From an uncultured Desulfobacter sp. (lineage in GTDB: Bacteria; Desulfobacterota; Desulfobacteria; Desulfobacterales; Desulfobacteraceae), in NCBI GenBank assembly GCA_963665095.1, contig OY762069.1, positions 6,720,001 through 6,784,000 on the forward strand: 64,000 nt of DNA, written 5' to 3'. How positions within the stretch are numbered: the first letter of the stretch is position 1; the number at the start of each line of letters is the position of its first letter. The notes beneath the pieces were generated by a model that ran no database searches, had not been told where the DNA came from, and saw only the letters and a list, made by a program, of their open reading frames with translations. A program made the position numbers and the translations under genes. This document shows, one piece after another, positions 1 to 11,898 of this stretch.

Positions 1-226
1 TGAACAGATCATTTGCATTGTACAGATCCAGGGTCTCAAGCATGGTCAGTTTAACGCTGGCATGAACAAGGGGATCCGGAGGGCCGGCAATCACCTCCAC
101 CTGGTGTCCGAGATCTGAAAGTGCGTGGCTCAAGTGCCGGATATAGACACCCTGGCCCCCGCAATGAGGGTTGGACCGGTAGGAGATCAGTCCAATACGT
201 AAACCTGTTTTGTGGAATGTATTCAT
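1..226 (-). CDS. Glycosyltransferase family 4 protein, N-terminal part (runs off window start)
   Basis: Manual translation from ATG at 226: MNTFHKTGLRIGLISYRSNPHCGGQGVYIRHLSHALSDLGHQVEVIAGPP, a typical GT4 N-terminus (GG.G.Y...L...L...GH.V.V). Not in the ORF track. Confidence 0.75.
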   Translation of the reverse strand, partial: MNTFHKTGLRIGLISYRSNPHCGGQGVYIRHLSHALSDLGHQVEVIAGPPDPLVHASVKLTMLETLDLYNANDLF

Positions 227-237
227 GGGTGGTTAAG

Positions 238-313
238 TGGTACGCCCGGCTGGAATCGAACCAGCGATCTTCAGCTTCGGAGGCTGACGTGCTATCCACT
301 GCACTACGGGCGC
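238..313 (-). tRNA. tRNA-Arg(CCG)
   Basis: Reverse complement GCGCCCGTAGTGCAGTGGATAGCACGTCAGCCTCCGAAGCTGAAGATCGCTGGTTCGATTCCAGCCGGGCGTACCA folds as a cloverleaf; anticodon arm TCAGC-CTCCGAA-GCTGA; CCA encoded. Confidence 0.95.
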
Positions 314-344
314 TTAGCTTAAAAGTAAACGCTGTTATACCATA

Positions 345-1652
345 TTAATTAATAAAATCCATATCAAATTTTTCTTTGGCCTCTCCTGCCACATAAAGCG
401 ACCCGGCAATACATACAGCATCTTCTGTGCAAGTTGTTGAAATCGCGTGTGTTACCGCCTGCTTGACATCCCCGATCACTTCTATGGGGCCTTGGAATAT
501 TTTTTGGACGGCAGACACCAGGATTTCAGGGTCAAGGCTTCTGTTTATTTTGGGCCTGGTAATAATGACTCTGTGGGCCCGGGGCAGCAGGTTGGCCAGC
601 ATTGCCTCATAGGGTTTGTCATCCAGAATGCCGATGACAAATGTCAGTTTCCGGTCCTCCAAGGTATCATTGAGATATTTTGCCAGAAGGGCAGACGCCT
701 TAAGGTTGTGGGCTCCGTCCAGGATAACCAGGGGTGCTTCCATGATTTTTTCCAGGCGGCCCGGCCATCTGACTTTTTCAAGGCCCTTGTGTACCAGTTG
801 CGGGGTCAGTTCATACCGTGGATCCGTCCCCTTTTTCCTGTCAAAGATCAGCTCGCAGGCCGCCAGGGCAAGAGATAGGTTCTCCCGCTGGTGATCCCCG
901 GGCAGCGGTTTTTTAACGTGCCTGAACTCCTGATGGATTCCCTGATAGTTGAATACCGGCAGTCCTGGCATTTTGCGGATGGAAAAATCCTTTTTAAAGC
1001 AGTACAGATTCGCATCTTTTTCTTTGGCTCTCTTTTGGAGAACCGCAAGGCCGGATGGCTGGGATACAGCTGTGACCACAGGAATGCCGGGCTTAATGAT
1101 TCCGCCTTTTTCCCGGGCCAGATCTTTAATGGTATGGCCTAAATAGTCTGTATGTTCAATGGAGAGATTGGTAATCACACTGACCTCAGGCGTGACAATG
1201 TTGGTGGCATCAAACCTGCCGCCCATGCCGGTTTCAATCACGGCCCACTCCACCTTTTCCTTGGCAAAATGGTAAAAGGCCATGGCTGTTGCAATTTCAA
1301 AAAAGGTGGCCTGACGGGGGCCGGTGTCCTGGGTGTTGACGGCATCATACGCGTTGACCACATCCTCATCGCTGATCTGCTGCCCGTCCACACAGATCCG
1401 CTCATTGAAACGAACCAGGTGGGGGCTGGTGTAAACACCGGTTTTGAACCCGGCAGCATTGAGGATACAGGCAATGGCAGTGGCTGTGGAGCCTTTGCCG
1501 TTGGTACCGGCAACATGAACTATATGATACTGCTTATGGGGATCGTTCAGAGAGGAAAGAATATTTAAAATGGTATCCAGTTCCAGCTTGATACCAAACC
1601 GCCCCAGTGCGTAAATCCGTTCCAGGCACTGGTCATAAGAGGTGTTTGCCAT
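345..1652 (-). CDS. folC: Bifunctional folylpolyglutamate synthase/dihydrofolate synthase
   Basis: HVAGTNGKGS, YTSPHL..FNERI, ETGMGGRFDATN, WPGRLE, LDGAHN, GSLY motifs. Confidence 0.95.
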   Translation of the reverse strand: MANTSYDQCLERIYALGRFGIKLELDTILNILSSLNDPHKQYHIVHVAGTNGKGSTATAIACILNAAGFKTGVYTSPHLVRFNERICVDGQQISDEDVVNAYDAVNTQDTGPRQATFFEIATAMAFYHFAKEKVEWAVIETGMGGRFDATNIVTPEVSVITNLSIEHTDYLGHTIKDLAREKGGIIKPGIPVVTAVSQPSGLAVLQKRAKEKDANLYCFKKDFSIRKMPGLPVFNYQGIHQEFRHVKKPLPGDHQRENLSLALAACELIFDRKKGTDPRYELTPQLVHKGLEKVRWPGRLEKIMEAPLVILDGAHNLKASALLAKYLNDTLEDRKLTFVIGILDDKPYEAMLANLLPRAHRVIITRPKINRSLDPEILVSAVQKIFQGPIEVIGDVKQAVTHAISTTCTEDAVCIAGSLYVAGEAKEKFDMDFIN

Positions 1653-1666
1653 GGGCGTTATCCATA

Positions 1667-1710
1667 AAAAAACCCGGCATATCAGATTAAATTAAACTGA
1701 CACGCCGGGC
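1667..1710 (-). terminator. Probable intrinsic terminator after rpsU
   Basis: CCCGGC...GCCGGG stem followed by a T run on the minus strand. Confidence 0.55.
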
Positions 1711-1723
1711 AGATTCAACTGCG

Positions 1724-1933
1724 TTAGCTACGTCTTCTACGTGATCTTGAGGCGGCAATTCTTTGTCTTCTCATTGCCTCTCTCATCTTACGTCTTCTGT
1801 ACTGACAAGGTTTTTCAAAGTGTTTTTTTACCTTAAGACGTTTGAACAGGCCGTCATTCTGGATTTTTTTCTTCAGAATGCGTAACGCTTTTTCAACGTC
1901 GTTGTCAATAACTGTGACAGTAATCTCTTTCAA
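1724..1933 (-). CDS. rpsU: 30S ribosomal protein S21
   Basis: V.DNDVEKALRILKKK...HFEKP, Arg-rich C-terminus; TTG start. Confidence 0.9.
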   Translation of the reverse strand: MKEITVTVIDNDVEKALRILKKKIQNDGLFKRLKVKKHFEKPCQYRRRKMREAMRRQRIAASRSRRRRS

Positions 1934-2192
1934 GTAGCATCGCCCCTTTCAAATTGGATTTAAATATAGAATATTTATAACCGGACTTTTTACCAAATTG
2001 CCTTAGCTAAGGCAAGAAAAAAATGTCAGCCTCAGCTTCTTTTTTGGATCAGCTGAGAAAAATTTTAATCCCCAGAATATTCAGTCTTGAAACGTTGACA
2101 AGTCTTGGCAGGCCGTATATTCAAAATATCCATCAGGTCTGCTGGCATGGGGTGTTTTGTGCCAGTGGTCCACCAATAAAGGATGGGGATCA

Positions 2193-2669
2193 ATGATAGA
2201 GGTGAATACAGCTGGAAAACTTGAAGAACGCCTGAGGCATATGTGCCGGAATGCGAAAAATAGTGGTTTAGACCAGCTGTCCGGGGAAGAGGTGGCATAT
2301 ATCTCAGGGTTGGAGGATGCACTGGAACTTGTTTGTCTTTACCGGCAGCAACGCGCGGATGTGGAGGATGCAATTGAGGAAACTGCTGAAAACCAGCCTG
2401 ATGCTACGGGTGCTGTTAAGCTATTTCAGATGTCTGCGGAACAGGTGGCAGCACTCAACCTGGATGCACAGGATGAGGCATGTCTGGATTCATTTTCACA
2501 GGAAGAACTGGTTGAGGCGGCTTTCAGGTTTGAAAATGAACTCGTGTCCTGTCTGGAGGATGCAAACTGTATAGCGTGGGAAGTCTATGCTGGTTTGACA
2601 CCCGGGGAGCTAATAAAAGTGGTCAGCAGATCTGTTTCAGATATCTGCAAATATACGGGTAAAGGATAA
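2193..2669 (+). CDS. Hypothetical acidic protein
   Basis: Open frame with GGATGGGGA upstream of ATG 2193; no family recognised. Confidence 0.6.
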   Translation: MIEVNTAGKLEERLRHMCRNAKNSGLDQLSGEEVAYISGLEDALELVCLYRQQRADVEDAIEETAENQPDATGAVKLFQMSAEQVAALNLDAQDEACLDSFSQEELVEAAFRFENELVSCLEDANCIAWEVYAGLTPGELIKVVSRSVSDICKYTGKG

Positions 2670-2674
2670 AGTAT

Positions 2675-2923
2675 ATGGCGGAAACAAATGAAAATCAGAC
2701 AGGATTAAAATCAGAATCAGACCTTCAGCAGTTTGTCAGGTCTTCAGCTGCCGCTGCTGAGCAGCAGGATGAAAATCAGGGCTATTTCAATGCTATGTCA
2801 TGGCTGGATATGATGCTTGAAGATCATCCTCATATGTTTGATGAGTTTTTTGATAAATCGTGGTATGAACTTTCCGAATGTGAACAGAGTTTACGCTTAA
2901 TACAGATTCGTAAAGTTCTGTAA
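2675..2923 (+). CDS. Hypothetical acidic protein (82 aa)
   Basis: AAGGA RBS, starts 5 nt after the preceding stop; no family recognised. Confidence 0.6.
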   Translation: MAETNENQTGLKSESDLQQFVRSSAAAAEQQDENQGYFNAMSWLDMMLEDHPHMFDEFFDKSWYELSECEQSLRLIQIRKVL

Positions 2924-3096
2924 CCCAAGCAGCATTTTCCTCTATTGAGCAGTATTTTTTGTTATTTCGATCAAGCATGCCGGGCATTTTTATTAAGCCC
3001 GGGCTAACTCATTTTTCACATACCGGTAAATTTCAGTCTTATATTTATGATGAAAGTTCATAACCTGGTTACAAGTAGCGTTGGAAGGATAGCAAC

Positions 3097-4266
3097 ATGC
3101 AGTTTGCACAAAGGATCGCCTCTTTAAAATCCGAGGGGGCTTACAAAGTCCTGGAAAGCGCCCGAAACCTTGAAGCCGGGGGCAGATCCATTATCCACCT
3201 TGAGATAGGGCAGCCCGGGTTTGGTACGTTTGCACATATCTCCCAGGCTGGTATCCAGTCGATTCAGGATGGTCACACCCGGTACAATCCGCCTTCAGGG
3301 CTTCCGGAACTGCGCCAGGCCATTGCCGAAGATGCAGGCGCCAGGAGAGGAATAACGATTCTGCCCGAGCAGGTGGTGGTTGCACCGGGTGCCAAGCCTG
3401 GATTATTTTTTCCCACCCTTGCAGTGGTTGAGCCCGGGGATGAAGTCCTGTACCCGGATCCGGGATTCCCTACATATCCCGCCATGATTATGGCCGCAGG
3501 CGGCATCCCGGTACCAGTCCCCCTGGATGAGAAAAAAGGATTTTCCTTTGACCTGGATGCGTTTAATTCACTGATTTCCCGCAGGACAAAGATGATCATT
3601 CTCAATTCGCCGGGCAATCCAACAGGAGGCCTCATGCCTGTTAAGGATCTAGAATCGGTGGCCGGCGCTGCCGAGCGGCACGATTGCTGGGTGATGTCCG
3701 ATGAAATTTATTCCCGTCTTATCTTTGATCAAGTCCCCTCTTTCAGTATTGCAAGTCTTCCAGGGATGGAAAAGCGTACCATCATCGTGGATGGATTTTC
3801 AAAGACTTACGCCATGACGGGCTGGCGGCTCGGGTACATGATCACCCCCGAACCCCTGGCACGTCGTCTGGACCTTTTGATGACACATGCTGTGGGGTGT
3901 ACCGCCTCATTTACTCAGATGGCAGGGATTAAAGCCATAAATGGAGATCAGGCTCTGGTGGACAACGCATTGAACGAATATCAGAAGAAGAGGGATTTAA
4001 TGGTGGAAGGACTGAATACGATTCCCGGAGTTTCGTGCCAGTCCCCCGGCGGCACTTTTTATGCCTTTCCCAATATAAAGGAAACAGGTTTCACCTCAGC
4101 GGATCTTGCCATGGAACTGCTTGATAAGACAGGGGTGGCCTGTCTGTCAGGAACGGATTTCGGCAAAAATGGGGAAGGGTACCTCCGGTTGTGTTATGCG
4201 GGCTCTCCACAGGATATCACCATGGCAATAGACCGGATTTCTGATTGGTTTAAAAAACGAAACTAA
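3097..4266 (+). CDS. PLP-dependent aminotransferase class I/II (aspartate aminotransferase family)
   Basis: LNSPGNPTG, SDEIY, GFSKTYAMTGWRLGY (PLP lysine). Confidence 0.92.
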   Translation: MQFAQRIASLKSEGAYKVLESARNLEAGGRSIIHLEIGQPGFGTFAHISQAGIQSIQDGHTRYNPPSGLPELRQAIAEDAGARRGITILPEQVVVAPGAKPGLFFPTLAVVEPGDEVLYPDPGFPTYPAMIMAAGGIPVPVPLDEKKGFSFDLDAFNSLISRRTKMIILNSPGNPTGGLMPVKDLESVAGAAERHDCWVMSDEIYSRLIFDQVPSFSIASLPGMEKRTIIVDGFSKTYAMTGWRLGYMITPEPLARRLDLLMTHAVGCTASFTQMAGIKAINGDQALVDNALNEYQKKRDLMVEGLNTIPGVSCQSPGGTFYAFPNIKETGFTSADLAMELLDKTGVACLSGTDFGKNGEGYLRLCYAGSPQDITMAIDRISDWFKKRN

Positions 4267-4350
4267 CCAGGGCAAGTTCTGTTTACAACCTGGTTGATGG
4301 CAACGTATTGGGAAGGGCCCGGGCGTTATCAACACCCGGGCCAGAGCATA

Positions 4351-5019
4351 TTACAGCTTGGAGATCAACTCTGCAGTGACATCAGGAAGGGCCTGTTCGC
4401 CGTTCAAGGTAACATATTTGAATGGGGCGTCTGCCTGATCTCTGAAATAGTAGGCAGAGGCCAAGGTGCCGGTATCTGTGTCATAGTAAATGTCGTGACG
4501 TTTGTTTATGGCCGCTTCATCCTGGTCATCGGCACGGGTGCTCAGTGCGCCGCCGCATACCCGGCATTTGTCTCCGTCCGGTTTGATGGCGTCAATAAAA
4601 ATGTTGTTGGGATGGTTGTTGTCATTTTCGCAAAGGCGTCTGCCCATAATTCTGTTTTTGGCAATTTCACGGTCCAGCAGCATTTCGATAACATAGTCAA
4701 GTTTGATGCCCTGCTCGTTGAGTGCGGCATGCAGTTTTTCAGACTGAACTTTATTTCTCGGGAAACCGTCCAGCAGCCAGCCCTTTTTACAGTCATCCTG
4801 TTTGATGCGGTCCACCATCATGGGGATGGTGATTTCATCAGGCACCAGGTCGCCCTTATCAATATATTCCTTGGCTTTTTTGCCAAGTTCGGTACCGCCT
4901 TTGATATTGTCGCGGAAAATCGCACCGGATTCCACATGGGCAATATTGTATTTGTCTTTCAGGATCTTACCCTGGGTGCCTTTGCCGCTGCCGTTGGGGC
5001 CGAAAAATAAAATGTTCAT
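4351..5019 (-). CDS. adk: Adenylate kinase (metal-binding LID type)
   Basis: GPNGSGKGTQ, GDLVPD, LLDGFPR, RADD; LID motif C-X5-H-X15-C-X2-C. Start set at ATG 5019 (AGGAG RBS). Confidence 0.95.
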   Translation of the reverse strand: MNILFFGPNGSGKGTQGKILKDKYNIAHVESGAIFRDNIKGGTELGKKAKEYIDKGDLVPDEITIPMMVDRIKQDDCKKGWLLDGFPRNKVQSEKLHAALNEQGIKLDYVIEMLLDREIAKNRIMGRRLCENDNNHPNNIFIDAIKPDGDKCRVCGGALSTRADDQDEAAINKRHDIYYDTDTGTLASAYYFRDQADAPFKYVTLNGEQALPDVTAELISKL

Positions 5020-5270
5020 GTTTACTCCTTGAATGGGTTTATATTCATGTCCATCCGGGACATGTCCGGTAATCATAAAAATATTTAAAGATAATTATCA
5101 GAAAATCTTAATATAAGACTGCCTTTTTTTTGTCAAGGTTTCAGCCATTCCAAAAATTTTTGCCAAGTTTTTGTACTGCATTTCCGGCAGCCGGGTGAAG
5201 ACAATAAACTGCAAGGGAATATTCTGCTTCCATTAATAAGTGATAAAGCAATAACCCGGTGTCAAATTAA

Positions 5271-6662
<1,392 letters not shown>

Positions 6663-6755
6663 TTTAACCAGACGTGTTCATGCGCAAAAATATGTTCATT
6701 ATTTTCCGGTTGACCTCAAGTTATATTTATCTGGGATTTACTTATCTTAAATGAT

Positions 6756-6798
6756 AAAGGTGAGGTGTTTGTGTCGCAAATACCTCACCTTTTTATTT
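6756..6798 (+). terminator. Long hairpin, probable eno terminator
   Basis: AAAGGTGAGGTGTTTGT-GTC-GCAAATACCTCACCTTT: 17-bp stem with two G.U pairs, followed by T-rich sequence. Confidence 0.65.
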
Positions 6799-6999
6799 GA
6801 GGTAGCCGGTATGTTATTTGCAACTACTTCTGTCAGGCAGACACATTTTTCCCCGGTCTGCCGGACAGAATTATTTGATTTAGAGCTTAAAATTTTACAG
6901 GATCCTGATGTCCCAAATGCCGGGGCCTGTCCTGCGGATACTTTTAACAAAGGGCTTGGAGAGGCTGGAACGTTGGCAGTGGTAATTTCAGCAGATTAA

Positions 7000-8666
<1,667 letters not shown>

Positions 8667-8667
<1 letters not shown>

Positions 8668-9296
8668 TGAAAAAAGGAATTAACTTGGAAGAGCTTGTTG
8701 CCATTGAAAGTACCGATGCCCGGCTGGAGGGATGCCTGAACCGGAAAAATGCCGGTAAGGCTGTGGTGCTGACCCACCCCCATCCCCTTTACGGTGGAAA
8801 CATGGACAACTCTGTGGTCAATCAGATGGCAGCAGCCTTCCAGGCAGCAGGTTTTACTACACTGCGGTTTAATTTCAGGGGTACGGGTAAAAGTTCCGGT
8901 ACGTTTGACAACGGCAACGGTGAACAGGAAGATGTTCTGGCTGCCATGGATTTTCTCTCCAATGCCGGCTATGAACAAGTCTGTCTTGCCGGATACTCCT
9001 TTGGCTCCTGGGTTAATGCCCATGTGGTCTGCAGCGGGGCAAAGGTGTGTGATCATATCATGGTGTCGCCGCCTGCGGCATTTATTAGCTTTGAAACAGT
9101 AGCGCAACTGCCTTATACCGGGCTGATCATTACCGGTGAAAATGATGATATTGCCCCTCCGTCTCTGGTAAACAGCCTTGTGTCGCGCTGGAAGATCTCC
9201 CCGCGTGTGGAGATCATCGAAAATGGTGACCACTTTTATTCAGCACATGCACTGGGACAGCTTGGGCAGATTTTGACCAGCTACTTGAACGCTTAG
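8667..9296 (+). CDS. Alpha/beta hydrolase
   Basis: HPHPLYGGNMDN, LRFNFRG.G.S.G, GYSFG nucleophile elbow, Asp and DHF His. Confidence 0.88.
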
Positions 9297-9322
9297 CAGC
9301 TAATTGGTATAGAGAATTCAAT

Positions 9323-9793
9323 TTGGACCAGATCGATAAAAAAATTTTAAAGATCCTCCAGGAAAACGGGAAAATCACCAATGCCAAGTTGTCCCGTATG
9401 GTGGGTATTTCTGCGCCCGCCACCCTGGAGCGGGTCAAGCGGCTGGAAACAAGTGGCGTCATTTCCCATTTTACCGCCGTGGTGGACCCTGAAAAGGTGG
9501 GATTTACCATCATGGCCATTGTCAGCATCTCTTTAAGTTTAAGCAAGCTGAGCTCAATCCCCGAAATTAAAGCGAAATTTGCAGAGCTTGAAGAGGTGGT
9601 GGAGTGCTACCAGATTGCCGGTGCCCATGATTTTATTCTGAAGGTCATTGCCGAAGATATCAAATCCTATGCACAGTTTATGAACCACAAATTGACCAAA
9701 ATCCAGGGTATCCAGAGTATCCAGTCCTCCTTTGTCATTGACAGCCTTAAGGATAAGAAGATTCTGTTTCTGGATCCGGAGGATGGCGCCTGA
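9323..9793 (+). CDS. Lrp/AsnC family transcriptional regulator
   Basis: D.IDKKIL..LQ.NG.I....L...VG.S......RVKRLE..GVI HTH; ECY.IAG..DF RAM domain. Confidence 0.92.
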   Translation: MDQIDKKILKILQENGKITNAKLSRMVGISAPATLERVKRLETSGVISHFTAVVDPEKVGFTIMAIVSISLSLSKLSSIPEIKAKFAELEEVVECYQIAGAHDFILKVIAEDIKSYAQFMNHKLTKIQGIQSIQSSFVIDSLKDKKILFLDPEDGA

Positions 9794-9865
9794 CATATTT
9801 CCGGCTGCACGTCCACTGAATACTTTAACTCCATGTGATTACGGTCTGAACTCTCCCCTTTTGTT

Positions 9866-11146
9866 TTAGACCCGCTGCTGTACCAGGCGGATCTTAACCT
9901 TAATACCGCTCTGCTCTGTCACAGTTTCTTCAGCCCAGGCTATCAACTGTTGCAGATTTTTGATCTCATCTGAAAAAAGAAGGTCATTCATGATCAGGGA
10001 TATCAGGAGCATGTCGGTGCCGGCCTGGCAGGAACGCTCCATGGTGCAGCTGATGGAGGGCAGTTTCAGGGCGGATTTCAGATTTTTCCTGACTTGGGCC
10101 TGGGAGACCCGGATGCCTGAAATGATCATGTAATTATCTGTACGTTCCGTCAGCCACTGAATGCGGGTAAAAGCAGACCCGCAGGGGCAGGGTTCGGTCT
10201 CAATTTTTGCCATGTCACCGGTGCGGAACCGGATCAGGGGAAACGCCCTTGCCGACAGGGTGGTAAGGACCAGCTCTCCCTTTTCGCCCGCGGGCATGGG
10301 GCGGCCTGTTTCAGGGTCAATGATTTCAGACAGGATATGGTCGTCGTTAATATGCAGCCCGTTGTGGCACCGGCACTCATGGGCAATGGCCGGGCCCGGT
10401 ATCTCGCTTAGACCGTAGTTGAGCCAGACATCCACATGGAGCCGTTCCTGCAGTTCGGATACGGTATGCCCGTCATCGGGTTCTCCCACCAGGATCATCT
10501 GTTTCAGGTTCAGTTCATTGGGATGGGATTCCTGAGCGAACATGTGCTCGGTCAGATGCCGGGCAAAGGCAGGCGTGGTCACCAGCACCGTTACCTTATA
10601 GTCCCGCAGCACCATCAGGGTCTTGGCCACGGACAGGGGCGAGTTGGGAATTACACCTGCGCCCAAGGCCTCTCCGCCGTCCTTGTAATCCCTGGCCCAG
10701 TTGGCAAGGCCCGGGGGCAGGTGAACCAGAATGATGTCCCGGTCCAGGACACCTGCTGCCATATACGCCCGTGCAATCAGTTTTTTCCAGATTACAAGGT
10801 CTGCTGTGGTGTACCCGCTGATGGAGGGACTGGCACCTGAGCCGGGGGCCGTGTGGATGCGCACGATGTCCCTGAGCGGCACGGCAAACAATCCGTAGGG
10901 GTAGTGGGTGGCAAGATCTGTTCTGTCCATGAAGGGTAAGTTGGCAAGATCTTCGAGCCCTGTAATGTCGGCAAGTCCCGTCTCCCGGATGCGGTTGCAG
11001 TGGAAGGGCACATTTTTGCACGCCCGGTTCAAGGTGGTCTGCAGCCGTTCAAGCTGCAGCTGTTTTAAATCACTTGAATCTTGATCACTGGAATTGTGAC
11101 CGCTGAAGTTTGTTTCCCCTGCTGGTTTATTCTGTTCGGACATCAT
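9866..11146 (-). CDS. Phenylacetate-CoA ligase (PaaK)-like protein with degenerate catalytic motifs
   Basis: YPYGLFAVPL..IVRIH, NYGLSE, GELVLTTL...AFPLIRFRTGD; the P-loop reads TAPGSGAS rather than ASSGTTGK. Confidence 0.8.
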   Translation of the reverse strand: MMSEQNKPAGETNFSGHNSSDQDSSDLKQLQLERLQTTLNRACKNVPFHCNRIRETGLADITGLEDLANLPFMDRTDLATHYPYGLFAVPLRDIVRIHTAPGSGASPSISGYTTADLVIWKKLIARAYMAAGVLDRDIILVHLPPGLANWARDYKDGGEALGAGVIPNSPLSVAKTLMVLRDYKVTVLVTTPAFARHLTEHMFAQESHPNELNLKQMILVGEPDDGHTVSELQERLHVDVWLNYGLSEIPGPAIAHECRCHNGLHINDDHILSEIIDPETGRPMPAGEKGELVLTTLSARAFPLIRFRTGDMAKIETEPCPCGSAFTRIQWLTERTDNYMIISGIRVSQAQVRKNLKSALKLPSISCTMERSCQAGTDMLLISLIMNDLLFSDEIKNLQQLIAWAEETVTEQSGIKVKIRLVQQRV

Positions 11147-11895
11147 TGATTCCTTTCGTCCAAAAAGTCTCCGTAGTCTTTGCCCAGATAGGCCCGCTTC
11201 ACATCATCATCCACCAAAAGCTCATCCGCACTGCCCTGAAGCACCATCTTTCCTGTTTCCAGCACATAGCCCCGGTCGGAAATTTTTAAAGCGGCCCGGG
11301 CATTCTGTTCGACTAAAAGAATGGTCACCCCGCTCTTTGACAATTCCTGGATGGTTGCAAAGATCATCTCCACAATTTTAGGCGCCAGGCCCATGGAGGG
11401 TTCGTCCAGCACCAGGAGGGCAGGGCGTGCCATGAGTGCTCTGCCAATGGCCAGCATCTGCTGCTCCCCGCCGGAAAGTGTTCCTGCCAGCTGATCTTTG
11501 CGCTCCTGTAAAATGGGAAACATTGTAAAAATTTTATCAAGGTCTGCCTGCACCTGACCTGCAACCCCTTTGCGGTACCGGGTATAGGCCCCCATTTTAA
11601 GGTTGTCCATGACGCTTAAAGGGGAAAAGATCTGCCGGCCTTCGGGCACCATGCTGATGCCTTCCCGGACAATGGCCGGCGCAGACATCCCCTTAAGGGT
11701 ATTCCCTTTAAACTCAATCTCTCCGGACCAGTTTTTCAAAAGGCCGCACACTGCAGACAACAGGGTGCTTTTCCCAGCCCCGTTGGCCCCGATAATGGAG
11801 ATCAGCTCCCCCTGCCTCACCGAAAGACTCACGGTGTGGACCACGGCAATATTTCCGTAACAGCATCTTAAATTCTTAATTTTCAGCATGCGCAA
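11143..11895 (-). CDS. livF: HAAT/Liv-family ABC transporter ATP-binding subunit (LivF-like)
   Basis: GANGAGKST, VPEGRQIF, LSGGEQQM, LDEPSMGLAP. Confidence 0.9.
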   Translation of the reverse strand: MRMLKIKNLRCCYGNIAVVHTVSLSVRQGELISIIGANGAGKSTLLSAVCGLLKNWSGEIEFKGNTLKGMSAPAIVREGISMVPEGRQIFSPLSVMDNLKMGAYTRYRKGVAGQVQADLDKIFTMFPILQERKDQLAGTLSGGEQQMLAIGRALMARPALLVLDEPSMGLAPKIVEMIFATIQELSKSGVTILLVEQNARAALKISDRGYVLETGKMVLQGSADELLVDDDVKRAYLGKDYGDFLDERNQ

Positions 11896-11898
11896 TTT

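Noticed and set aside
51..299. 82-aa minus-strand ORF over the tRNA-Arg(CCG)
   Set aside because: Shadow frame. The region is explained by the tRNA and by the GT4 gene starting at 226 in another frame.
4294..5010. 238-aa plus-strand ORF, and similar long antisense ORFs (e.g. 13891-14556, 38536-39240, 42369-43112)
   Set aside because: Antisense shadows of well-supported genes (adk, livH, mutS, hutI) with no recognisable motifs.
6751..6999. 82-aa ORF between eno and pyrG
   Set aside because: No RBS or family signal, and it runs through a terminator-like hairpin.
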